From Pristiophorus japonicus (lineage: Eukaryota): a stretch of DNA of 64,000 nt. Position numbers and translations under genes: made by a program. The DNA lies in assembly GCF_044704955.1 (NCBI RefSeq), contig NC_091997.1:69750001-69814000 (forward strand), in the 5' to 3' direction. Below are positions 51,955 through 63,311 of this stretch, piece by piece; position 1 is the first letter of the stretch; every line of letters begins with the position of its first letter. Under the pieces are notes generated by a model. The model saw only the letters and a program-made list of their open reading frames with translations. It ran no database searches and was not told where the DNA came from.

Positions 51955-53076
51955 AAGAATATAAGAATTAGGAACAGGTGTATTCTACTCGGCCCCTCGC
52001 CTGCTCTGCCATTCAATGAGATCATGGCTGATCTTCTACCTCAACTCCACTTTCCTCCACTGTCCCCATATCCCTCGATTCTCTTAATATCCAAAAATCT
52101 ATTGATCTCTGTCTTGAAGACTGAGCCTCCACAGCCCTCTGAGTTAGAGAATTCTAAAGATTCACCATCCTCTGAGTGAAGAATTCTCTCCTCATCTCAG
52201 TCCTAAATGGCCGTCCCCTTATTCTGAGACTGTGACCCCTGGTTCTAGACTCTCCAGCCCGGAGGAAACATCCTCCCTGCATCTACCCTGTCAAGCCCTG
52301 TAAGTATTTTGTACGTTTCAATGAAATCACCTCTCATTCTTCTAAACTCTAGAGAATATAGGCCGAGTCTATTAAATCTCTCCTCATAGGACAATCCCCC
52401 CATCCCCCCATCCCACCATCCCAGGAATCATCCCAGAATATCCATTCTGATCCCTTTTCCTGTCACTATTTTTCTTTGCTTTATTTCAGCTACGATGACG
52501 TGGAGTCTTTTGGGGGGGGGGGGATAGCTTTGTAGAAACATAGAAAATAGGTGCAGGAGTAGGCCATTTGGCCCTTAGAGCCTGCACCGCCATTCAATGA
52601 GTTCATAGCTGAACATGCAACTTCAGTACCCCATTCCTGCTTTCTCGCCATACCCCTTGATCCCCCTAGTAGTAAGGACTACATCTAACTCCTTTTTGAA
52701 CATATTTAGTGAATTGACCTCAACAACTTTCTGTGGTAGAGAATTCCACAGGTTCACCACTCTCTGGGTGAAGAAGTTTCTCCTCATCTCAGTCCTAAAT
52801 GGCTTACCCCTTATCCTTCGACTGTGACCCCTGGTTCTGGACTTCCCCAACATTGGGAACATTCTTCCTGCATCTAACCTGTCTAAACCCATCAGAATTT
52901 TAAACGTTTCTATGAGATCCCCTCTCATTCTTCTGAACTCCAGTGAATACAAGCCCAGTTGATCCAGTCTTTCTTGATATGTCAGTCCCGCCATCCCGGG
53001 AATCAGCCTGGTGAACTTTTGCTGCACTCCCTCAATAGCAAGAATGTCCTTCCTCAAGTTAGGAGACCAAAACTGT
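51955..53076 (-). mobile_element. Two CR1 3' fragments just downstream of the MPI stop codon
   Basis: ORF 52623-53057 (-) is the CR1 ORF2 C-terminus. Confidence 0.9.
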
Positions 53077-53504
53077 CCTGCAACAACAACAAATTTGTGT
53101 TAGCTCTTAGCTGTTTAGCTCCATGCCCTCCCACTCCTCCGATCCATGAGGTTGCTGAATTAACCTGGCTGTTTCACAACGCTTCTCTCACTTCCTCATA
53201 ATGATCTGTGTTCAGAGGACAATTAACTTGCTGATGGATGTTGATGTTCGACGACGGGGGAAAAAAGCATGTTTTGTAAACCGTGTTGATAGAACATCGC
53301 TGTTTTGGGAGTTGGAGCCAAAGCTTGTTGCATTACTGAGGTAAAGAACAATGGTCCACCTTACTGACGTTTAATTTCGGATATCAGGACCGTTGGGCTA
53401 GCACTGTAGTTACATAACTGGCATCTGCTATAAATCCTACCATTCTTTAAATAGAACGGGGCATTGACTTTTTCCCACCAAAAAATTCTAATTTATAAAA
53501 AAAA

Positions 53505-53795
53505 AAATTTGTTCACAGGATGTGGGCTTCGCCGGCAAGACCAGCATTTATTGCCCATCCCTAATTGCCCCTTGAGAAGGTGGTGAGCCGCTGCTGCAGT
53601 CCGTGTGGTGAAGGTGCTCCCACAGTGCTGTTAGGGAGGGAGTTCCAGGATTGTGACCCAGCGATGATGAAGGGACGGCTGATATATTTCCAAGTCAGGA
53701 TGGTGTGTGACTTGAAGGGGCACGTGGAGGTGGTGGTGTTCCCATGCACCTGCTGCCCTTGTCCTAGGTGGTAGAGGTCGCAGGTTTGGGAGTTG
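53505..53795 (-). mobile_element. 3' end of another LINE family (HER1-like)
   Basis: GSQSWNSLPNSTVG remnant; tail GGCAATAAATGCTGG...GCCCACATCC on the minus strand. Confidence 0.6.
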
Positions 53796-53914
53796 TGGTA
53801 CTCGGTGAGGATTTCTTCAAACTCTTTTTGAAACTCTTATCCTGTTCAGAGCCCCTGATAATTGTGTTGCAAATCACGGAAACATAGAGCACAGAATGAG
53901 GCCATTCGACCCGT

Positions 53915-54380
53915 TGTCAGCTGTGGCTCGGAGGGTCGCACCCTCATCTCTGAGTCAGAAGGTTGTGGGTTCAAGTCCCACTCCAGAGACATGAGCATAA
54001 AAATCTAGGCTGACAAACCCAGTGCAGCGCTGGGGGAGCGCAGCACTGTCGGAGGTGCCATCTTTCGGATGAGACGTTAAATCGAGGCCCCATCTGCCCC
54101 CTCAAGTGTACGTAGAAGATCCCGTGGCACTGTTTCGAAGAAGAGCAGGGAAGTTCTCCCTGGGGTCCTGGGCCCATGTTTATCCCTCAATCAGCATAAC
54201 AAAAAACACATGATCTGATCATTGTCACATTGCTGTTTGTGGGAGCTTGCTGTGCGCAAATTGGCTGCCGCGTTTCCCACATTATAACAGTGACTACGCT
54301 CCAAAAGTACTTCATTGGCTGTAAAGCGCTTTGAGACGTCTGGTGGTTGTGAAAGGTGCTATATAAATGCAAGTCTTTTT
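53915..54380 (+). mobile_element. Near full-length tRNA-headed Deu-type SINE (SacSINE1-like)
   Basis: A-box-like TGGCTCGGAGG, B-box GGTTCAAGTCC, conserved central domain, tail GCTATATAAATGCAAGTCTTT. Other copies at ~432-770, 4005-4375, 19070-19386, 29985-30400, 35010-35285 (-), 38578-39000. Confidence 0.85.
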
Positions 54381-55387
54381 CATTGTGCCTGTGCTGGCTC
54401 TTTGAAAGAGCTCTCCAATTAGTCCCACTCAACGTTCCCTTTAAGCAGTGCGGCCATGCAGCGGGTCTGGGCCTCCCGTGCAGCCAACTCAGCAGCTTTT
54501 AAATGCAAAAATCGCGCATGTGTGGATATTTGAACGGGCCGGCCAGCCCCCCAAAAATTAAAGAGAGCATTGGTCGCACTCCCCTGCTCCTTCACCATAG
54601 CCTTGCAGCTTACTCCTTTTCAAGCATTTATCCAATAGCACATCTTAGTATTTATTTTAGTTCTTGATCATGTGTAAAATGTTACCATAGTATACTGGGA
54701 CGTTGATATGGTAGTCCTGTTCAAATACTTTAGATATGCTTTGGAATTCAGAAGAAAGCAATATTTTACTGAACTGCTGCTTGACTGTTCAGGGTGAGCG
54801 ACTGTGCGAAACTTGTGTCTCTAAGGGAGGTGGAGTTGAGGCCAAACTCAGGTCAGCCATGATCTTATTGAATGGCGGACCAGGCTCGAGGGAACAAATG
54901 GCCGACTCCTCCTGTTTTGTTATGATTCTGCATCTTCTGCCAAAGCCTGCCTCTGACGATCCCCATGGGACTGCAGTCTCCGGCAGGTTCCCGGCCTGAG
55001 TTACTAACCAGCCAGCTCCACTCCACGGTGTGCACCAGAATGAAACCCCTCCAGTTCGGCATCACTGCAGCCTGTGGCGTACATCTGGGGAATGAGCACT
55101 GGCAAAGTGGAGGGAGATCACTGTGTGAGGAGGAGGTGTGACTGCCTCCAGTCCGAAGCTCACGTTAAAAATCTATTCGGCCAGGTACTTGAACCACCTG
55201 TAAACTCTCAACACATTTGTTGGCCAGCCAGGAGGCAGGAATGTCGTCAGCCTTTCCCCAATGTAACATTTCATCAGTGTTTAAGTTAGCCAATGAGAAG
55301 AGCCGTTCTTTGCTCGACCGACTAATCAGAACTACGTAGCTTTTATGATAACGCCATCCTAGCTGTTCCACACTGTGTCAAACCAGT

Positions 55388-57070
55388 ATAAGAACATAAG
55401 AAATAGGAGCAGGAGTGGGCCATACGGCCCCTCCTTCCTGCTCCGCCATTCAATAAGATCATGGCTGATCATCGACCTCAACTCCACTTTCCCGCCCGAT
55501 TCCCATATCCCTTGATTGCCCAAGACTCCAAAAATCTATTTATCTCAGCCCTGAATATATTCAGAGACTCTGCATCCACAGCCCTCTGGGGTAAAGAATT
55601 CCAAAGATTCACAACCCTCTGAGTGAAGAAATTCCTCCTCATCGCTGTCTTAAATGGCCGACCCCTTATCCTGAGACTGTGTGACCCCTGGTTCTAGACT
55701 CCCCAGCCAGAGGAAACAACCTCTCAGCATCTACCCCGTCAATCCCCTTCAGAATCTTGTATGTTTCGATGAGATCGCCTCTCATTCTTCTAAACTCCAG
55801 AGCGTTATAGAGCCATTCTACACAACCTCTCAATCTAGTGAACCTTCGTTGCATCACCTCCAAGGCAAGTATGTCCTTCCTTAGATAAGGAGACCAAAAT
55901 TGTGCACAGTACTCCAGGTGTGGTCTCCCCAAGACCCTGTACAATTGTATCTACAGTTTAACAACCTGCTGACAAACTGTTGGGGCTGTTCTTGAGTGAT
56001 TGCTACAGCCAGGTATCTTGCACTGCATGTGCTAATTTTATTTACGCAGTGAAAGTTTACCTCAGAACTTAAAACATATTACGCTGCCATAAAATGTGGC
56101 TCCCTTGTATAGTCTGGAAGTTAAAATGCGAGAGAGACAGAGGAAACGAATTATTTTAATGAAGGTAGTTGGAGTAGATTTTTTCCTCCAGAGTTTTACG
56201 AAGCTGAAACCTTTATCTTAAACTGAGGCCAAGGACCTGGGGCAGGACCTGATGAAGGTTGAAAACAGTAACAGATTTGGCTGCTTGAAACACTTTTGAA
56301 TGTGATGGGGAAATGTAAATTATTCATATCCGCTGTCTTCTGCTAAACATTTTGAGATGTGGTTCTATGCTTAGCTTTAGAAATTGGGTTTAATTTAATC
56401 TTATAAAGCCATGAACTGATCTGAGTCAAGTGTTGTCACTTAACTGTGGTAATGAGACAGATGTAATTGTTAGGAATCATAGAGATTTACAACACAGACA
56501 GAGTCTGTGCTGTCCAAAACAGAGCTATCCAGCCGAATCCCACTTTCCAGCCTAATCCCTCTTTCTAGCTCTTGGTCCTTAGTCCTGTAGATTGCGGCAC
56601 TTCAAGTGCACGTCCAAGAAATTAGGGTTTCTGCCTCTACCACCCTTTCAGACAGTGAGTTCCAGACCCCCACCACTCTCTGGGTGAAAAAGGTTCTCCT
56701 TAACTCTCCTCTAATCCTTCTACCAATTACTTTAAATCTCTGCCCTCTGGTTGTTGACCCCTCTGCTAAAGGAAATGGGTTCTTCTTATCACTCTATTTA
56801 GACCCCTCAATTTTATACACCTTAGTCAAGTCTCCCCTCAACCCTCTCTGTTCCAAAGAAAACAACTCCAGCCTATCCAGTCTTTCCTCATAGCTAAAAT
56901 TCTCCAGTCCTGGCAACATCCTCGTAAATCTCCTCTGTACCCTCTCCAGTGCAATCACAGTTTTCCTGTGATGTGGTGACCAGAACTGCACGCAGTACTC
57001 CAGCTGTGGCCTATATAGTGTTTTATACAATTCTAGCATAACCTCGCTGCTCTTGTATTCTATGCTTCGT
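55388..57070 (-). mobile_element. CR1 3' fragments (55388-55946 and 56474-57070)
   Basis: RPHLEYCAQFWSP and RPQLEYCVQFWSP peptides. Confidence 0.88.
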
Positions 57071-57918
57071 AGTTGTTAACATAAGGAAAGGCAGGTGTGT
57101 GAATGGGTTAGTTACAAGCCAGGTGGAAGGGGATTCCGGTGCTTCTGTATGACCTGGGAAGAAGCTTTCTGCAGAGCAGACTTGTGACCAAAACACCCGA
57201 TCGCAGGCCAGTGATCCAGAAGTGCTGCTCTCGCTGTGAGAGGCCTGCGTTATGTGCTGCCTCCAACAAGTGATCTTTAAGCGAAAGCTGGATTTGTTTC
57301 TGGCTGTGGCGGAGATCACCTCTTACAGGAGGTAGGTACTGCAGGGAATTTAATGGCCAGCGTGATGATTTGGACTAGTTTTGATCGCCTAGCTGGGTCG
57401 GAGAGGAATTCCCCAGATTTTATTCCCCAATTTGGCCTGGTGTTTTAAAATCTTTTTTTTTTTGCCTCTCCAAGGAGTTCACATGGCTTCGGCTGGGGCG
57501 GAGTGTATATGTTGTGATACACAAGGTATTGCAATTGTGTGGGACAGGCTCAATGGACCAGATGGTCCGTCGTTGTTCGTTTATCCCAAGATCCTGTATC
57601 CTGGAACGCACCTGGGAGATGCAGTTTGCTTCCTTGCTGCTGCTCGGTCTTGTTGGCCCAGCAGTACTGAGGGCATATCATCAATGTACAAGCATCGTTA
57701 AGCTTCAGCTCCCAATTGTTCAGTCTCCAGCAGAGTTGCAGAGTTAATGATTGATCCTCGTTACAGTTCACATCTAGAGATGCTGACAATTTTTTTTAAA
57801 TGGCTGGAAATCTGAAGTTAAATCATGAAATGGTGGAAATCTGAACTGTTGTTCACTCAACATCAGTTTAAAAAAAAAAGAAAACCAGGCTGAGGTTGGC
57901 CTGGTCAACCAGGCTGAG

Positions 57919-58002
57919 GTTGGCCTGGTCAAGCAAATGACCCAGTAAATGAAGGGTGAGCTCACCCTTCATTTACTGGGTCATTTGCTTGACCAGGCCA
58001 AC
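57919..58002. repeat. Perfect 84-bp palindrome
   Basis: 42-bp arms, no spacer, centred on GAG|CTC at 57960/57961. Confidence 0.97.
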
Positions 58003-58212
58003 ATCCCCAGCATTGAAGCACTGACCACGCTCGACCAGCTCCGCTGGGCAGGCCACATTGTTCACATGCCTGACACAAGACTCCCAAAGCAAGCGCTCTA
58101 CTCGGAACTCCTACACGGCAAGCGAGCCCCAGGTGGGCAGAGAAAACATTACAAGGACACTTTCAAAGCCTTCTTGATAAAATGCAACATCCCCACAGGC
58201 ACCTGGGATTCC
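57988..58212 (+). mobile_element. RTE-clade LINE fragment
   Basis: LDQANIPSIEALTTLDQLRWAGHIVHMPDTRLPKQALYSEL. Confidence 0.85.
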
Positions 58213-58334
58213 TTAAGAAGCACATCATTGTATTTACTCTAAATGTAAACATTTCAAGAGTAGAAGAAGCAACCGACACAAATTGGGAGGAATTTGTCCT
58301 GGGGAGCGCACGGCAAATACAGGGGAGGGGAGAA

Positions 58335-58377
58335 CGGAGTTCTGACGAAGGGTCATCGACCTGAAACGTTAACTCTG
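58335..58377 (+). ncRNA. Minimal type I hammerhead ribozyme motif within a Penelope-type terminal repeat (58335-58457)
   Basis: CGGAGTT-CTGACGA-A-GGGTC atc GACCT-GAAA-CG-TT-AACTCTG: stem I, core, stem II, GAAA, palindromic minimal stem III. Confidence 0.6.
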
Positions 58378-60077
58378 CTTCTCTCTCCACAGATGCTTCC
58401 ATTAACTGAGATCTCCAGCATTAGCTCAGGTTCCAGAATATGCAGTATTTTGCTTTTGTACAGGGGAGAGGAGGGATGGGGGGGTGGGGAAAGAGAGCTG
58501 GTGCGGCTGGGGTAAACAGTCAAATCCTCAATGTACAATGTTCTTACAATGCTGGTAATCTACTAGGAGACTGTACCGGCCCATTTATACTGCCTGGGCT
58601 CCACATTCCTTCAAACCTGAGTCACACGTCTAATTCTGAGCTCACACCCTTAGGCTGGGTTGCACTGGAATGCGAACCTATTCGGAAATTGCTAATTCAA
58701 GTCATGTAATGGTGAAGAGAGATGTTGCAGCTACTGGGTGAAAGGCCAGGTGGATCGAGACCTTTGTCAGAACTCAGCTCTGGTGGGGGTTTTGCGAAGG
58801 GTTGTGCCCATTGCATTTACCTGTTCCCCCCCACCCTGTCTGGATCTGGCAGACTTCCTTCTCCAGCATTGTCCCATTTTAATGGTTTAATCACCCTAGC
58901 AATGGGCAGGTACTTTCACGTCCCTAACATCCTTTTCCTTGCCTTGCTGAGATAATCTTTTATATCCAACAGGTTTTTGCTTTGCTGTTAAGCTGCTCAC
59001 AGGTCAGTCAACCGTTAACCACCTCCAGATCACTGGAGTATCTCGCGTCTCTTTTTCTCCCCTGCCTATTTCTGTTCCACCCGTCATCATCATCAAAACT
59101 CTGCGCGAATGAAAGAACCCGGAAAGGGTGGCAGCAGCAGTAGTAGGGGCATTCAAGCCGGTTTATCCTGTAAGGTCCCTCAAACCACCCACTTAAGGTT
59201 CCAAATCTGTTCATAAATTAATGATCACTTCCTCCCCTATTACTAGGGAAGTCGAGGGTTATGGGGAGCGGGCAGGAAAGTGGAATTGAGGCCAAGATCA
59301 GATCAGCCATGATCGTATTGAATGGCGGAGCAGGCTCGAGGGGCCGAATGGCCGACTCCTGCTCCTATTTCTTGTTATGTACTTCAAACACTCCTGCAAG
59401 GTGGTTTACGGATTTGGTCAGACTTGAGAGAAGGGAATAAGCAAGATTCCTGACAGACCAAAGATGTTTTCTGGTCCGTTAATTGCATTAGAAAGAAGCA
59501 CATTGGTCAGTGTTTTGCTCCTTGGGTAAACTTTTGGTTTTAAGAGTAAATTTGGTGACCACTGCAGTTTGCTCAGTGTCCAATGGTATGAAATGATCAC
59601 TAGTGTACTGTAACTAAAATTATTTTAGTTGAATTATTTACCCATGTTCTTAGCTGAAGACTAAAATAAATGTTAGTGTTGATGATCGATTATAAGGTGA
59701 AGGAATGTATGATTGCTGATGTAATGTACAGAGTTTGAAATAAAATATCCAATGACTATTTTTCACATGTCAAGACTTTGTTTTTAATCTGGGTTTTCCT
59801 TTTCACAATCATTAATTCACTCTGTAATCCAAAATTGACAGATGAAGAAAAACTGAATGCTAGCAATTTAAAAGGCAAGCAGAAAATGCTGGAGAGGCAC
59901 AGCATTCGGAAGAGGAACGATGGTTTTGAATACGGCCCTTTGTCAAAACCGTCTCCCTGTTTCAAGCCTCTCCTAAAATCCTTTGCGACTGACTTTCCAT
60001 CTTTCCCCTTCCAGTTCCTTTTAATTTTCCCGTGCACCTACCCTCGTCGAGAAATGTTTAACAGGGCTGCATAAATG

Positions 60078-60536
60078 CATTGAGGCGTTGACCACGCTCG
60101 ACCAGCTCCGATGGACGGGCCATATTGTCTGCATGCCCGATATTAGACGTCCGAAGCAAGCGCTCTACTCTGAGCTCCGTCACGGCAAGCGAGTCTCAGG
60201 AGGGCAGAGAAAATGCTTCAAGGACACCCTCAAAGCCGCCTTGAAAAAATGTAACAGCCCCACTGACTCTTGGGAATCCCCGGCCCAAGACCGCTCAAAG
60301 TGGAGGAGAAGCATCTGAGAAGGTGGCGATCGCCTCGAGTCTCTTTGCCGGGAGCACGCGGAAGCTAAATGCAAACAGCGGAAGGAGTGTACGACAAATC
60401 AAGCACCCCACCCACTCGTCCCTCCAACCACCGTCTGTCCCACCTGTGACAGAGACTGTCGATCCCTCATTGGCCTCATCGGTCACCTTAGTGTGAAAGC
60501 AAGTCATCCTCTGGGGAACTGCCTGAGAAGACAATG
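60078..60536 (+). mobile_element. RTE-clade LINE 3' fragment; a second, minus-strand tail lies at 60697-60825
   Basis: QLRWTGHIVCMPD...GGQRKCFKDTLK, C-terminal CPTC zinc-finger-like segment, tail. Confidence 0.85.
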
Positions 60537-60942
60537 ATATCAGTTGTTGGGACAGCCAGTCGGAGACTCTGCTACCTGCATCAGTTCTGATAAATGTGCT
60601 CCACCCAAAATATTTCTTTCAGATGTTAGCAGATCTGCTGTAGATCTCCAGCTGGCTCTTATTTTTGCCCAGAACTTTATCGCTTATTGTTATGAGTCAT
60701 CATCATCATAGCCAGTCCCTCAGAATCGAGGGAAGACTTGCTTCCACCCTTAACATGAGTTCTTTGGTGGCTGAACAGTCCAATACGAGAGCCACAGACT
60801 TTGTCACAGGTGGGACAGATTGTGATTGGCCGAGTAACCTCCTTTGGGGTTTGGGAGACATTGTTGCAGTCACACTCCTGCTCATAACACTCCCATCTGC
60901 TGGAGGGCGCATTTGTCACATTCCAGCTCAAAAAAAGAAAGC

Positions 60943-61375
60943 CTTGCATTTATATAGTGCCTTTCATGACCAGCAAACGTCTCAAGGCACTTTACAGCCA
61001 ATGAAGTACTTTTTCAAGTGCAGTCACTGCTGTATTGTATGAAATGTGGCAGCCAATTTGCGCACAGCAAGCTCACACAAACAGTGATGTGATAATGACC
61101 AGATAATCTGTTTTTAGTGATGTTGATCGAGGGATAAATATTGGCCCCAGGATACCGGGGAGAACTCTTCGGGACAGGGCCGTGGCATCTTTTCATTCAC
61201 GTGAGAGGGCAGAAGGGGCCGCGGTTCAATGGCTCATCCGAAAGACGGCACCACCGACAGTGCAGCACTCCCTCAGCACTGTACTGGGAGTGTCAGCTTA
61301 GATTTTTTTGTGCTCAAGTCTTCGGAGTGGGGCTTGAACCCCCAAAGCTCTGACTCAGGCTGAGCCAGTGGCTGA
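60943..61375 (-). mobile_element. Deu-type tRNA SINE directly upstream of the CpG island
   Basis: Reverse complement of the same family, including the tRNA-like head. Confidence 0.85.
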
Positions 61376-61379
61376 CACT

Positions 61380-61680
61380 GTCACACTGATTACACTCCCA
61401 GCCGCCGGGGGCGCTGTGGCGGCCGCTCCTGGGGCCCGGACACTTGTCGGCAGCACTATGGAGACGGCGGGCGGGCGGCCGCGTCACAATGTGCGGCGGG
61501 GGCGCGGTGCTAGGGCCGGGCGGCCAGGGCCGGGCACGGCAGCGAGGGACGGCGGGCCGGCGCCGCGGCGGCCCAGGGCGGCATGAGCGGGCGACCGGGG
61601 ACGGCATGAGCTACCAGCCGGTGGCCGACAGCGAGCTGGCGCAGCAAGACCCCGGTAATGGCGGGGGAGGGGGGTGCTCA
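61380..61680 (+). promoter_or_regulatory. CpG island / promoter of the downstream gene
   Basis: Very high GC and CpG content; CTCF-like GCCGCCGGGGGCGCTG at ~61381. Confidence 0.7.
61606..61654 (+). CDS. First coding exon of a downstream gene, probably FAM219 family (MSYQPVADSELAQQDP)
   Basis: CpG island ~61380-61680, ggcATG start, G|GTAATG donor. Peptide resembles the recalled FAM219A N-terminal FQVPTAHSEMQPLDP; FAM219B neighbours MPI in human. An in-frame upstream ATG exists at 61489. Confidence 0.55.
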
Positions 61681-62610
61681 GGTATCGGGAGGCCAGGTAT
61701 AGGGGGTACCCAGGTGTGTGAGGGTGCCCAGGTATAGGGGATGCTCAGGTGTGTGAGGGTGCCCAGGTATAAGAGATGCCCAGGTGTGTGAGGGTGCCCA
61801 GGTAAAAGAGATGTCCAGGTGTGTGAGGGTGCCCAGGTATAGGGGATGCTCAGGTGTGTGAGGATGCCCAGGTATAAGGGATGCCCAGGTGTGTGAGGGT
61901 ACCCAGGTATAGGGGGTGCCCAGGTGTGTGAGGGTGCCCAGGTATAAGGGATGCTCAGGTGTGTGAGGGTGCCCAGGTATAAAAGATGCCCAGGTGTGTG
62001 AGGGTGCCCAGGTATAAGAGATGCCCAGGTGTGTGAGGGTGCCCAGGTATAAGGGATGCTCAGGTGTGTGAGGGTGTCCAGGTGTGTGAGGATGCCCAGG
62101 TGTGTGAGGATGCCCAGGTATAAGGAGTGCCCAGGTATAAGGGATGCTCAGGTGTGAGGGTGCCCAGCTATAAGAGATGCCCAGGTATAGGGGTTGCCCA
62201 GGTGTGTGAGGGTGCCCAGGTATAAGAGATGCCCAGGTGTGTGAGGGTGCCCAGGTATAAGGGATGCTCAGGTGTGTGAGAGTGCCCAGGTATTGGGGGT
62301 GCACAGGTGTGTGAGGGTGCACAGGTGTGTGAGGGTGCTCAGGTATAGGGGGTGCACAGGTATGTGAGGGTGCACAGGTATAGGGGTGCCCAGGTGTGTG
62401 AGGGTGCACAGGTGTGTGAGGGTGCCCAGGTATAGGGGATGCCCAGATGTTAAGGGTGCCCAGGTATAGGGGATGCCCAGATGTGTAAGGGTGCCCAGGT
62501 ATAGGGGTTACCCAGTTATGGGGGTGCCAGTGTGCCCAGGTAAGGGGTTGCCCAGGTATGGCAGAGTGCCCAGGTGTGTGTGCCAGGATGCCCCGCTGTG
62601 GCAGTGTGCC
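61680..62610. repeat. G-rich minisatellite of alternating ~17-18 bp subunits
   Basis: CCAGGTGTGTGAGGGTGC and CCAGGTATA(A/G)G(G/A)GATGC repeated directly after the exon donor. Confidence 0.93.
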
Positions 62611-63220
62611 CAGGAGGGGAGGGGGGGGGTAAAATGCCCCTGTGTGAAGCTCATGGTCCTTTTGTGGGATGAGGGAGGGAGGACAGGTCAGGTACCCAGG
62701 CATGGAGAGAGGGTCAAATGCTGTGGTGTGAAGATAATGATCCTAGGTGGGCTGGGGTGGAAGAGATCAGGTCCCCAGCTGTGGAGGTCAAAACTCCGCA
62801 GGGCAATCGGGGCACTATTAGAGTGCTCTGCTCATAATTAGAATATTCCTAATTTAAGAATAAAATTATAATGCAATGTTTGTCATTGATAAAGTTTTAT
62901 TATATAAATAACTATAATTGTTAACCATTTTTTATTTGTGAATTTATTATAAAATTATGACCAGTTCAGAAACATTTGAAGTGACTTTTATAATGTTTAA
63001 ATGTATTGTGTCATTTTATTAAATTGAAAATATGAACCCTGGCTCAGCAAGAGATGCGCTTTCAAGGGGGAGGTTAAATGGGCACTTAAATGTTTTCCCC
63101 CAAAATAATTTTCTCCTTCCCTTTGGGATTTGTGTGGAATCTGCCCCCCAGGTGCCTTGTTGCAAGAGAGTATTCCGTGCTGCTAGACGTGACTCTTCCA
63201 TCGAATCTCTTTCTCTAATC

Positions 63221-63311
63221 TGAAGGAATACAAGTGTAGATTTGATCCTTTCTCCTTGCTCAGATCAAGAACTGGTGCAGTAAGGATCAAACCTACACTT
63301 GTATTCCTTCA
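63221..63311. repeat. Inverted repeat, 30-bp arms (1 mismatch), 31-nt spacer
   Basis: TGAAGGAATACAAGTGTAGATTTGATCCTT ... AAGGATCAAACCTACACTTGTATTCCTTCA. Confidence 0.95.

Noticed and set aside
61678-62703. 341-aa His/Pro-rich minus-strand ORF
   Set aside because: Translation of the minisatellite; no domain or independent support.
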